Source: Cycas panzhihuaensis (taxonomy: Eukaryota > Plantae > Cycadophyta). Taken from it: a stretch of DNA of 64,000 bases. The notes beneath the pieces are model-generated. The model saw only the letters and a program-made list of their open reading frames with translations, was not told the DNA's origin and made no database searches. This document shows, piece by piece, positions 1-13,400 of this stretch; positions within the stretch are counted from its first letter, which is position 1, and every line of letters starts with the position of its first letter. Both the position numbers and the translations under genes were made by a program. The stretch covers positions 182,225,741 through 182,289,740 of the forward strand of contig CM041465.1 of NCBI GenBank assembly GCA_023213395.1. Direction: 5' to 3'.

Positions 1-89
1 ACAGGAGCTTCTACCTCAATAGGCAACCAACCTCCCCCTTCTCCAGGAAGCAATGCACATACAGGAGGTTCTCCACCAAGACAGTTGTT

Positions 90-3000
90 TTTCCACCATA
101 AGATCAACATTCCTACCTTTGATCTGGACGTGAATAGAGAGTGCACTTGAAGCTGGATTAATAAGTTAGAATCCTACTTCACTCTCCACCCAATGTCAAA
201 ACAGGACCAACTCTTATACGCTTCCATTCATTTAGATGGTCGAGCTCACCATTGGTTTAACTAGTGGAAGTGAGAATATCTCTCTCACCAAACTTGGTCC
301 CACTTCACTAGTTGTTTCTTCGAGCAATATGAAGATACATGGAGTCAATCTTTTTTCACACAACTCACCCGACTTAAGTAGACATCAACTGTAGAAGCTT
401 ACACAGATGAATTTCAAGCTTTATACAACCGCACGTCATAAAGCTAAAACTTGGACAAACAAACAGTGATTGATATTTATGTGGCAGGACTCCAAGACCG
501 TATTCAGATGAGATTAAAGACAATGGTAATTTACTCCCTTAAGGAAGCTTTCAAGTGGGCCCATGTAGTAGAAGCTGAGTTTGCAGCAGACAGACCTTCA
601 GCCATTTGATGGGATAACTCTTGGTTCTCACACACTCGACAAGTAGACCTCCAGCGACCTCGACCTTGATTTGATGATGCCTCTCGTCCTCAAATTGACT
701 TCACACGTCCTCGACCATGACAGGATGATTCTCGACCATCTATTGATCGCCAGAATGAGGATACATCTACCAAAAGAGTCCATATTTCTCAAGCTGAAGC
801 ACAACGTCGACTTAAGGCTAGCCTTTGTATGCAGTGTATAGAAAAGTGGACTTCCAGGCATGGCCGTTTTGGCAAAGCATAGCGTATGGTTTTCTCAATT
901 GACCCATCCCTCTCTCCTGACAATCCCTCTGATTCTGACTACGACCAAGAGGCTGATGATGAAACCCATGATGATCCTGCACCAAACCCCCAACCTAAAG
1001 TATCTATATCCACTGTTACCACCTCCTCCTGCCCTGAACCCCTAAGGGTTAGAGGCATTCTCCGCAAGACTCCAATATCTATCTTGATCGATGGTGGCGT
1101 GTCACTTAACTTCATTGATATTTTAATTGCTAGACAACTTAACCTATATATTGTCCCAAAAACTAGCTTCACATGTTCTCTACCAGGGTACCAGAAACTC
1201 CATTGTGCAGGTGTTATTAAAAACCTCCAAGTCTAAATTGGCTCATACCTTTTGGTGTCAGACTTCTATGCCTTGTCAATAGGAGGATCTGATGCCATCT
1301 TAGGGATTCAATGGTTGCAAACACTAGGGACCTATAGCACAAACAACTCGCCTATAAATCCATTCATTGCCTTCAAAGACGACATGGGGTGAAACCATAA
1401 AATTTACGAAATGCAATCCCCCCCTAACCAAGTGGTCTCTCCTAGACATATGAAACACCATCTTCAATCTCACCTAGGGTATATAGTCTACCTTAATAAT
1501 ATTCAAATCAAACCACAAATTCATCCCTATATCCAGGATGTCATTACCCAATATGAACAAGTATTCGCCCCTCTGCCTGCCACCACCCCTCCCGACCGTG
1601 GTTTCTTTCATATAATTAACCTCCAATCTAACCATGACCCCATTAGCCTTCGACCTTACCGTAACTCATACTTCCAAAAGAATGAAATCGAGAAACTCAC
1701 AAATGAGCTCCTCGACATGGGCATAATCCAACATAGTAAAAGCCCTTTACAAAATTTCTAATTGTCTTAGTTCGGAAGAAGGATGGCTCCTTTCACCTCT
1801 ATGTTGACTATAGGGAATTAAATAAGATTACCATTAAAAATAAGTTTCCCACCCCTCGTATAGATGACATGCTAGATGAAATCCATGGCGTAACCATCTT
1901 TTCTAAGTTAGACATCCAATCTAGCTACTACCAAATCCTAATTGCCCTAAAAGATTGTCATAAGACAGCATTTCGCACACATCATGGCTATTTTGAGTTT
2001 CGAGCAATGCCCTTTGGCCTTTGCAATGCCCCGGTAACCTTCCAAGCTCTCATGAATAAAATCTTTGGGCCCTACCTTCAAAAGTTTGTCATAGTTTTCT
2101 TCGATGACATTCTTATTTATAGTGCCTGCCTGGATCTCCATATCCAACACTTAGAAATTGTTCTTCAAATATTGCAGAACCACCAACTCTATGCAAAACT
2201 ATCTAAGTGTGAGTTCGGACAATCAGAACTCAAATATTTGGGTCATATCATATCATCAGAAGGGGTACGTGTAGACCCTAACAAAATATCGGTCATCACA
2301 ACATGGCCAACACCTACCACCCTTACCCAACTACGAGCATTTCTTAGGCTCACAGGGTTTTATCGATGCTTTGTGCGTAACTATGCTGCTCTTGCCACCC
2401 CATTAACTAACCTCCTTCATAAAGAGGCTTTTCAATGGTCTCCCAAAACAGAGGCTACCTTTTCCCACCTTAAGGTTATAATGACCTACACTCCGATCCT
2501 CATCACTCTTGATTTTAACCAACCCTTCCAACTTGAATGCGATGCTTCAAGGTTTGGTTTAGGCGCATTCCTAATGCAAGACTCTCATCCCATTGCATTT
2601 GAAAGCCGAAAATTAAAAGATCACGAGCTTCATCTCTCTACATATCAGAAAGAAATGAAGGCTATTCTCCATGCTATTGATAAATGGTAGTAATATCTCT
2701 TAGGCTCTAAGTTCACTATTCTTACAGAACATTGTAGCCTCCATAATTTATTGACTCGGCCAGTCTTGTCTGAAGATCAAGCTAAGTGGGTTCATTGATT
2801 ACAAGTCTTTGACTTCTCAATAGCATATAAAAAAGGTAAAGATAATACAGTAGCATATGCTCTTTCACATCTCCATCCTAACGAGAATGTTCCTAACCTA
2901 AGCCTCCATGCCATCAGCAACCCCCAACCCCTTTGGCTTGACGAACTATGTGTTGAAAATCAAGCCCAGTTAGACTATCCTAATTGGACGGAAAAATTTC

Positions 3001-4364
3001 TCACCCATAAAGGTTGGTTAACCTTCAATAATCACCTCCTCTACCACAATCGTATCTTTGTCCATCCTTCCTTCTCATTCATCCCTAAAATCCTAACAGA
3101 ATACCACTCGTCCTGCCTTGGCGGCCACTCTGGCTTCAATAAGACTTATCGACGGATTCGCACAGATTTTTTTTGGCCCCATATGAAGACCACCATATTC
3201 ACCTTCGTATCAGAATGTAACACCTGTCAACGAAATAAAGTAGAGACCAAACCTCTCCCTGGCCTTCTCTAACCATTAAATATTCTGCAAGGCAAGTGGC
3301 AAGATATTGCCATGGACTTCATCACGGGCCTACCCCCATCTGCTGGGTTTGACTCCATTTGGGTAATCATTGATCGATTAACTAAGTACTCACACTTTCT
3401 CCCAGTGCACACCTCATATTCATCCTCTCGTCTCGCTGACTTATATGTCCAATTCATATTTTGCCTCCATGGTTTTCCATCATCTATCATTTATGACTAA
3501 GACCCTAAGTTTACTAGCTCCTTTTGGCAAGAACTCTTTAAGGCTGTTGGAACCTCATTTAACATGAGCTTTGCCTACCACCCACAAACAGATGGCCAAT
3601 CCGAGGTTCTAAACAAAACTTTAGAAACTTATCTATGTTGCTTTGCTTCAGAACACCAAGCTAAGTGGACCTCATGGCTTGCCCTGGCTGAGTATTGGTA
3701 TAACTCCTCCCATCATTCTGCCATTGGTATGTCCCCCTTTTTGGCTCTTTATGACTACAACCCATCTTCTCACCATACCCTAGCCACAAATAAAATAGCT
3801 TCTGTGCAACAAAAGCTTCAAGAAATGGATCAAATCTTGTATGCCCTTTGACAAAATCTAGCTAGTGCTCGAAATCGAATGAAGCAACTAGCAGACTGCT
3901 ACCGATCTTATCGATCCTTTAATATTGGAGATCTAGTATACCTCTGCCTCCAACCTTATAAGTAATAATCACTTAAGTCCCATCAAGGGCATAAACTAAG
4001 CCCCTGCTATTATGGCCCTTATAAGATCCTGCACATAATTGGTGAAGTTGCTTATGCCCTCAAACTCCCCCCAAACACTAATATTCACAATGTCTTCCAC
4101 GTGTCCTGCCTAAAAAAATACCTTAGAGCTAAAGTTACACCCCACACAACCCTTCCCATTCTCTTTGAAGAACAAACTCTTACATTTCCTCTTGATAAAA
4201 TCCTTGCCAGTCGCTAGTGCCGCCTCTGGAATCACACTATTTCTGAACACTTGGTACAAGGGGTGGGATGGCGTCGATGAAGCTACTTGGGAGTCAGAAG
4301 AGTTCATCCAGAAACATCCTCATCTCCAATGCTACGAGGACTCAGCATCTCAGAGGGGGGGACC
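90..4364 (+). pseudogene. gag-pol polyprotein pseudogene (gag-PR-RT-RH-IN-chromodomain)
   Basis: ORF fragments 886-1236, 1411-1761, 1869-2690, 3312-3500, 3564-3851 and 4165-4374 are collinear Gypsy domains broken by stops and frameshifts. Confidence 0.93.
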
Positions 4365-4770
4365 TGTAACATAACCCCACCTTTCCTTAGTAAGAGGGAA
4401 CCACCAACAAGTAAGGATTAAGGGGTTTAGTAAGTTATATGTATGGATCGTTAAGTCATCCAATAAGATGTAGGGCTACTAGGGCCACCAATAGAGTTAT
4501 GTGTATGGACCGCTAAGTCATCCAATAAGATGTAAGTCCGCTAGGGCCACCAATAGAATCATTAAGGATGAAGACCCTTACTTGTGTATTTAAAGTGTTA
4601 AACCACTCATAATGTATTGAGTATGATATCTTGAAAGGAGAAAGTACTTCGGTACTCATTTTGGTGATTCATTTTTTGTGATCTGCTTGCGCATTCCTGT
4701 TATTTGGCTTCATTTTTACTAATAATCACTTCTACAAGCCTAGATTTCTGAGAAGGGACAGTCCATTATA
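4365..4770 (+). repeat. 3' LTR of the chromovirus, containing a 62-bp tandem duplication (4433-4494/4495-4556)
   Basis: Starts TGTAAC just after the PPT; ends CCATTATA (degenerate TTACA), after which unrelated integrase sequence begins. The partner LTR is not in the window. Confidence 0.75.
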
Positions 4771-4774
4771 AGCT

Positions 4775-6250
4775 AAGCATAATAAAGATAGAGGAATTAA
4801 AAGTTGATAAGACTCTCAAGCTCACTCCCATCCATCATAGAAATATGATCAGCATTGTTATTTAAATCTTCAATTATGAGAAATGGACCTACCCATTTAG
4901 GTATAAACTTACATTATTTCTCATGAAGTTATTCAAGTTTTATTACTTTATCTCCCAGTTTAAATTTATATGGCCATAGGTTCCTATTATATATGATCTG
5001 GGATTTCTTCTTAAAAGAGAGATTAGTTTAGTATACTTGGATTTATGCCTTATTAGGATGTTCTAACTCTAGGACATGTACTTGGCACATATATTCATCA
5101 TCAGCAAACTCCTTAAGTGAGATACAAAGTGATTGAATCTTAACTTCTAGTGGGAGTATGGCCTTCATACTATAAATGAGAGACAAGAGAGTCATTCATA
5201 TGGAATTATATATGGAAGTATAATATGCTTAAAGCATACAGAAGAGTTGGATATGTTAGTCTCTCTAAGAGGAAGAACAGTTTTGGCCAAAATTTTATCT
5301 ATCATCTTATTGAATGCCTCAATTTATCCATTCGCTTACGGGTTATAAGGGGATGACATGCAATAAGTGAGGAAAAATTTATTGCATACCTTGTTAACAT
5401 CTCTATTATAAAAAGTGGTCCCATTATCTTTTTTGATGATGTTTGAGACCCTAAAGTAATAGATAATATGATGAAAATGAAAGTCACAATGACTTTTCTA
5501 GTATGATAATGAGCAAAGCCACTTCATTCTAACTTATAAAATACTTCATGGTAGTAAGAATGAATTTATGGCTAGTGGAGGAAAGGGGGTGAATCTACGT
5601 AATGAGGTCCAAATGCCACTATGAGAAGGGCTATGACAAAATGATACCTCTTATAGATATAGAGGATTGATGAATAAGATCAGCATGGCCTTTGCATTTG
5701 TCATACTTACAGACATAAGTCTTTACTTTAAAGAAGAGAGTATACCAATAATAATAGAATTGCAAGATGTATTAGGCCATGGCATAATAGCCAAAATGCC
5801 CCCCAAAAATGTCATCATAACAATTGATTAAGATAGTATAGAACATTTAAAACATCATTGATACTTCTTTTACATAGACATTTTTGCTCTCCCTAACTCC
5901 TTTCTTAATGCTTGATAGTTCTATTATTATTATAGTAAGAGTTTTCTTATTCCCATATTTAGATTTCAGAACTTTCATCAAATCTTCCCAATTATTAATG
6001 GAACCATTGGGTAATAAATAAAACCATGCAGTAACATTCTTAGTTAATGAGTGTACAAAAATCCTAATAGCTATGTATGGCTCAATAATCCAAAACATCA
6101 TGCACATAATAGAGAAATTCTCTATATGTTATTTAATAGTGATTGTCTTGTCTTTATTAAATTTTAGGCAGGCCTCTACAGCCTTATCATGTATGTTATA
6201 TTACTCTCCACATAAATTTAAGGGATTTTTTTGAAGCTAAGGGAGGACAT
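4775..6250 (-). mobile_element. Non-chromovirus Gypsy (Tat/Ogre-like) remnant: gag joined to integrase
   Basis: Minus strand: gag (IRIFVHSLTKNVTAWFYLLPNGSINNWEDL, 5847-6107); integrase Zn finger (FGGHFG...YYW ~5740-5810); core (PYNP*ANG*IEAFNK ~5300-5350); C-terminal KFIPKWVGPF ~4880-4910. Confidence 0.8.
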
Positions 6251-8799
6251 TCCTATAAGATGCTACCTCTTTAGCCACTTTTTATTAAACCCTTGATATT
6301 AGATATTCTTAATCTAAAAAGAAAATTCCTTCTTCTAGTTCTTCAACAATCCTAAGGTCACTATTGAGCCTCCATAATTTTCTCTCTTGAGAAGAGTGTA
6401 ATAGCTCTTCTTGTATATCTTAGGCTCTTAATAAATAGTTATATAGCCTCCTTCACTATTTGGACAACTTTAAAAAAAATAAATCCTACTAGTATGCACA
6501 ATGGAAATTCTAAACATGAATTCTAGTGGAAAAACTCCCTAATATAGTCATTAGCTTTATTACCTATCATTTTTGTGCTCCCCTAAAAATTGACCTATAT
6601 TGGTTGTGGTCTATGAATTGTTCAATAGATAAACACAAAAGACAAAGGAGCAACTGAAGGATATCCTACCTTAAAACGCATTAACTAACTTGTACTATGA
6701 ATAAATGAATTAGAAAATAAATCTAAAGAAAAGAAAAGTTAATAGAAGAGCATTCTTATATGCATGCTTATGGTACTAGCAAGGCTAATAACATATGATA
6801 TGTATTTTAAAAAAAAGGAATAGTAAATAAAATTGTAGAAATCTACCCTCCCAAATCTCTAAGAATTAAAATATTATAAATCATAGATACTAGTAGAGCT
6901 AAATTAATCTAAATGGTCTACATTATTAATTCCCTACCAATACTAAAAAGATATTAATACCAAATAAATCAAATATAAGTCTTTATATTATCAAGAAAAT
7001 GATACCTTATAACAAATTATTCATTTAGACCTATTCATTACACAAAATGACATTTAATAAAAATCAATATTTACGCTTTATTTTAATTATAAGGGTCTAT
7101 TTTGGAGATATTAAGGGGATACAATCTGAGAAAAAGTAGTAATAATACATCAACAAAGAAAGGAAGCTTTAAAAGGGATCTAAATAAGAAAAGTGCTCAG
7201 TTTAAGCATGAGAGTAAAGATTAGACATGAAAAGGTTGAAACCAAGACTACATATTGAGTAGACTAAGTAATATCAATTTGTGAAACCCTGACTTCTTCA
7301 ACCTTTAGCTTTTTAACTCTTCTCTATTTTGTAGCAATCAAGTTATCTAGAGGATACTTGGTATAGTTATTAGTTAGATGAACCTCTTCTTAAATGGTTA
7401 TACAAGCATTCAAACCTTCCCATATCAGTTAGGAAATGGGGCACAAGTGTCATGTTTAACAATTTGAATGATACCCTGATATTAAATAATTATTCCCACT
7501 ATTCAACCTAGTGTTTATTCTCTTTTGAATTAACACCTATTTATCAATTATCTCTTCTTCCAACCTAATTTGAGTCTTTTTAAGTTGACCTTTATAGGAG
7601 ATAAATCATCTCTTTCCTCTAGAGATTATAACCTTAATATTGGATCACCTTGAATTAGTTTAGCAACTTAAGAAAAGTTTATAAGCATAAATTTGAATGT
7701 TAGAGCTTGGCTTGACAAGATACTATCTTTACTAATGGTCCAAGTTCTCAAGTCTCTATGTCATTTGTCATTGTTATTTGTTGAATTCTACTAAGAAAAT
7801 AGTTGAAAATTAGCTTTTTGATAATATTTTAATCAAGACATAGTGAACTAATCTCTTTTATGTCATTCTATTATTTAAATTAGTGCTCTATTATATGTTC
7901 TTTATATTTTTCATTTTGAAAATAAATGTCTTCAATCTATGATATAAAATGAACTTTTATAAGAACTTAAGAAAGTAACTACATGAGATGGCTTAATGGT
8001 AAGCCCACATTCATTTCTTTCTCCTCATTTGTGAAAATATGAGAAGATACAAAACTAAACCTTCATTTCACAACTTTGAGATTTTCATTTGAATACCTAC
8101 TACTTTTTGCACACTTGTGAAAATAAGAAAAGGCATGCCATGATTCTTACTTTATATTTCATAATCTTATAAATGAATGATTATGATTTATTGGGCTAAA
8201 TAGACTTTTATAAAAACCCAAGAATAGGAGATATATATGACTTAATCTTACGTGTGCCCCATCACTTTGTCCTTTTCTTCACAATTGTGCTAGCCTTCTC
8301 TTAAATATGCATCCTCTTTATCATATTTGCAAAAACACGAAATATATAAGGCTACATCTTTATTTTGTAGTTTCATAAATAATCACACGAGTAATTGTTG
8401 CTTTAGACCTACTTATAAAAATGTGAAAAGTTATGAGGCCATCTTCTATGCATTTTAAAATGAACCTTCCTTGGCTTCCCTTTGTTCACCCACTTGAAAA
8501 TTATGAAATTTCTCTTATAAGAAGAATGAAACGATCCGGGAACATAGATTTTAGGAAGTTAAACATTTTTATTAGAAACAATCCTCCTTTATGTACCCTT
8601 TTTAAGGTTGATTCCTAATACTACTATTCTTTTTGACAAATTCTCCTCATTATATATAGTTATTACCACTATATTCTTTTATATATATAATTTATATCAT
8701 TTAAGTAAAGAGAAAAGTGGGTAACAAAGACCATAGAAAGGCACTCCTTCTAAACTTAAGATTAATTTATTTTAGTACTAACTAAAGTCTAGCTAATCA

Positions 8800-11700
8800 A
8801 ATAAATAAATCACCCACAACCAAAGTCATCTTCTTAACAAGCATGTCCCCAAGGGACTATTTAATGGCAAACGATATGAAATGAAGGATCTATCAAAGTG
8901 AGTCGGCACTAGAACAAGAGCAAAGACTAGACCCTCTTTGAGCTTATCAAAATATTTTTGAACTTCAAGAGTCCAACAAAGTGGAATAGCCTTCTCAAGG
9001 AGATTTGTAAAGGGTTTGGTATTAAGCCTAACTTGGCAAGAAAGTTGCATAGAAAACCCAAATATCTTACTCGCTTTTGAGTGGTAGGTGAGGGCATCTT
9101 AATGATGGTTTTAATTTATTAGGATCTATATATATGCCCTCTCTTAAAATAGCATTACCCAAAAAGTTTCAAAAGGCAATGGCAAAGACACCCTTAAGAG
9201 GATTTAGACACGGTATTATTTCTTACATAATGTATTTCTTACACCTCTAAGATATGATATGGAGGTTATATATATGGTCCTCATAGTTTTTAAGAATCCC
9301 AACATATCATCTAGATAGATGCCAACCTTATTTGTTATTAAATCATAGAATATGTAATGCATTTCCCTTTGATAAGTAGCATTAATATTTTTTAGGCTAA
9401 ATGGCATGACCTTATATGTAAAAGTCCCTCACAAAGTGATGAATGTAATCTTGTGGTAATCATCAGATATAATGATAATCTAATTATATCTCAAGAAATC
9501 ATCCATGACAGACATAACCTTAAAGTTAGAAAATTGATCAAGAATTTAGTTATAAAAAGAAAAGAAAAGTTATATTTTAGGCAAGCATCATTGATATCCA
9601 TAAAAATCACTATAAATATAAATAGAACTATTATTTTTAGTAATCAAAATAATTTTTAAGACCCACTAAGGGTAATATATGGATTCAATAAATTTGGCCT
9701 TGAATATTTTTTTTACTTCCAATTTAATTGTATTTGAAAGTTGAGGATGAAGGGGTCATTAGCACTAGCACTTGGGCATAGACCTTAGGAGAATGGTAAT
9801 CCAATGGAATACTGCCCTAGAGTGGAGACTATTCATATTAAAATAATACCATACAAAAATAGATAAGAACTCAATGTAGGATTCTTTGATCTGTTAGATA
9901 ACTTCTAAGGAGTAATTAGCCCCTATATTGATGATGTAAGCCTCATTAGTAATGCCAAGGTTAACATTAATAGTGTCACTAATGAGCAAAGTGTTGCACT
10001 TCTTAAAAAAAGGGGGGATATGGTCTAGTGGTATAGAGGACATAAGGGCTTCTTAACCTTCAAAGTCTAATGGGAGATAGCATGAATGTACTTAGCAAAT
10101 CTAAGTTCATGGTGATTTAGGTGGAAGGTTAAAAGATGACTCTCTAAGGTGCTTAAGAATAGCTTCATTCTCAAAGTGTTTAAGGTCATTGACAACATAG
10201 TTAATCATATAGACTTCCTTAATTTTGATCCTATTACTTATTCTAAGCCTCTTAGTTTGGAATACTAGTAAAAATTAAAAGATATAAAGAGGGGTTTAGG
10301 CTCATCCTCCTCTTAAAGGCCATTAATTAAAGAGATCTATTGTTATTTTTGTTTATGTTAATAATGGATTATCGAGGCCTATCCCTCATGAATAAATTGG
10401 AGTTCACTAAAGAGAGAGGAATAAGCAACCTCCATCTAATTAATACGTGGCCTACCTAATAATATATTATACTCTAAACTAAGGCCAATATTTATGACCT
10501 TTGTAATAATAAATTTATCTTAAATGATAAGGGAAACTAAAACCTTACCTATAAGAATGGTTTAAGCTTTATCATACACTTAGCACACCCAATTCACAAC
10601 CTTAAAAGCAAAAGTGCTAAGGAGCTCAAGTAAATAGAGGAGAATGATGTTGGTAGTGAAACCCTCATCAATGATACATCTCTTAATAGCCCATTATCCA
10701 CTTATGATATGAATGAATGAGGGAATGTTTTGGCAATCACATCACTCATTAAGCTAAGAAGGGTCAAAGTGACACAAAGTTTAGTAAAATTAATTTACTC
10801 AATACCAAAGGCATCGAGTAGGAGCTACTTCTACTCAAGATAGCTCCTAAGTAAGTCCAATATAAAAATACCTATAAATATAGACTTAAGCTCTTCTATA
10901 ATATAGAAATCCTCTATCTTAGTAATCTATAAGAGGGTACAACAAAAATCAACTTCCACAGGATAAAGGGGAATCTCAAGAATATCCTTAGTCAACTTAG
11001 ATAAGGAACCAACTTTTAAATTTTAATATTTTTAAGTGTAAAAGTAAAAAGATCATCCATTCTCACCATGTTAATGCTCTTGTCTTATGATTCTTGCTTA
11101 TCCTTAGGGGGTGGCTTTTAGTTGTAGTAAATGTTCTTCTTATCAAGGGTGCCCTTAGTAAGAGTAGGAGTCTCTTTATTTTTAGATTTAGAGCTAGTAG
11201 ATGCACCCTTATATCTAGTAAGATTCCTCCTTTTACACTTATATTAATTATCAGGAAAAGGATCAACATGAATCACCAAGTATTTGTTTTAATGTATTAT
11301 TTACTAGTTGGGAGAGAGGGAGGTCCTAATAAGTTATTTAAGCTTGTTAAATTTTGATCAATCATGTGTATACATCTAACAATACAGACATCAAGCCCCC
11401 CCCTTAATAAGTGGGGTCCTTACCCCTTACTCAAGCTTCTATTCTATGAGATGGATAACCTTAGAGTCCTTAGTGGGTTTAGGAGTAGAGGTTGTGAGCT
11501 TGGTTGTAATAGATGACTCCAGAGCTCATAGGGAAGAAGTGAGTTGGTCATATATCCTATCACCGTGAATACATTTAGGATTCTTAAAGGGTTCTTATTT
11601 GGGAGAGACAGTGAATTTGTTGAGTTTCTTAACCCTAGCTTGAATTTTAAAAGATTTTAGGGACAAGAATTTATTGATAGTTCTCTCATATGTGGTGGGG

Positions 11701-13400
11701 TTGAGCTTAAGCATCTTAAGATGGACTTATGGTCTGAGGGCATTAGTAAATAGATCAATGATAACTCATTATCCAAGGCCCTCTAATAGGCATAAACAAG
11801 ATCTTAAAAGTGGCATGTGAAGTCTTAGGAAGACTCATTTACCTCTTATTTTATAAAGACATGGGCTTTCACCCTAGTCTTAAATGGTAGGTAATGTTAA
11901 AGTAGTTTATAAAGGAGTTGATGAGATATTATAATGAATGAATAAAAATATCAAAAAAACTATGAAACCACTTAGGCATTGCCCAATAGGGACTTTAGAA
12001 AGATCCTCATCATCACATAGTTATAGAGAAGGCAATTTGTGCATGCAAACATGAAGGCTTACACATGACTAACAAGATCTCACCCTAGCTCCCCACTAAA
12101 TTTAGGAAGCTTAAGGATAAAGGATGGTAAGAGATAGAATAAGTCCTCAAATAGAAAGGGGTTCCTCTTATAATTCATGTGGATCCTTTTCATCATGAGG
12201 GATATGGATGGCTAGATGGATGGATGAGATATGGGAACCACTCCATACACAAGGCAACTTAAGTAAGGAAAGAGTTGCGATTGTGATATATAGATGGATC
12301 TACCCAAGGAGATTAGGTTCCAAGAGTATAAGTAAAAGCGACAATGTTGGAAGACCCCCCTTGAGGAGCAACCAATCCATGGTTAAAAGGAAATCACAAC
12401 TAAGTTTCACATAACTAGGATAGATGAGGTCCCATAAGGAGAGCCTAAAGAGAAGGGATAGTAGGTTGTAAAAAGAACATAAGGAATATGAGCATTACCT
12501 TTAACAAGAGGACACCCACTTACACCTAGATAAAGCATGAGGGGAAAAGTATAAGATCCTCCAAGATGTGGGCCAATTTCCTAAGAAGATTAGGAAGTGG
12601 ATGTGGAAATAGATTGCCATAGAGAGGGCATGATGCCAATAGAAGGAGATTGCATCCATTATGATATGGAAGGTACAAAGTTAGTAGGGACATATCCCAC
12701 TTAAATAGACTAGATAAGCACAATAATAGGTACATGATATGATGAAGAATGAGGAACAAGTCCATATAATTAGGAAATAGACTACCCCTATAGGAGAATA
12801 AAGGAGGTATTGGGCCCTTAAGAAGGAGTCATAATAAAAGAAAAAGGGATGATAGGTAGAGTAGTGGAATAGACTAGTGGAATAGGGGTAAGACTAATTA
12901 GGTTAAGACTCAAAAGTGAGACAAAGACCCTATGAACTAGACCATGAGTGAGGAGAAAAGAAATTTAGAGTAAACTAGAGGCTTTAGAAATGGGAGCAAG
13001 ATTAGACAACTAAAGGCCTAAAATAAATAAGAAGCTTTAGGGTTAGGGACATGAATAATAGATATAGGTATGATGGGTTGAGAAGTTAGAGAAATAAACT
13101 AAGTAAAGGGCAGTTCATAGCCTTATGGGGAGGTATACAAAAGTCCCCTATACGCATGAGGTAATTCAAACTAAGGCACTTAAGAAGAATGTCATTAGAG
13201 AGCTACATAGTGCCCTAGGAATAAGAGGACTTTATGTGCTCATGACTTAAGCCCTAAAGGTGAGTAAACTCCTAAGGAAGGGGTTGCTCCAAGATGATAT
13301 AAGCCAACTATGATGGATGGAACTGCCTAGCACCAACATTGGCAGGAATAAGATAAGAATGAGAAGGGGACTAATCAAGGGACTAAAAGATTGTGTTGAT
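8800..13400 (-). mobile_element. Large Tat/Ogre-like Gypsy remnant (Pro-rich region, gag, protease, RT); LTR limits not resolved
   Basis: RT MPFSLKNINATYQR...IYLDDML (9216-9407); RT/RH linker WTLEVQKYFDKLK (8826-9050); protease KRCIIDEGFTTNII ~10650-10690; gag remnants ~11700-12120. Confidence 0.8.

Larger units (their letters stand above)
1..4770 (+). mobile_element. Ty3/Gypsy chromovirus LTR retrotransposon, decayed; 5' end lies outside the window
   Basis: Domain order gag, protease (ILIDGG ~1078), RT (KTAFRTHHGYFEFRAMPFGLCNAP, FFDDILIY), RNase H (LECDAS), integrase (GGHSG, MDFITGLP, YHPQTDGQSE), chromodomain-like tail (GWDGVDEATWESEEFIQKHPHL). PPT AGAGGGGGGGA at 4352-4362, then LTR. Confidence 0.95.
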
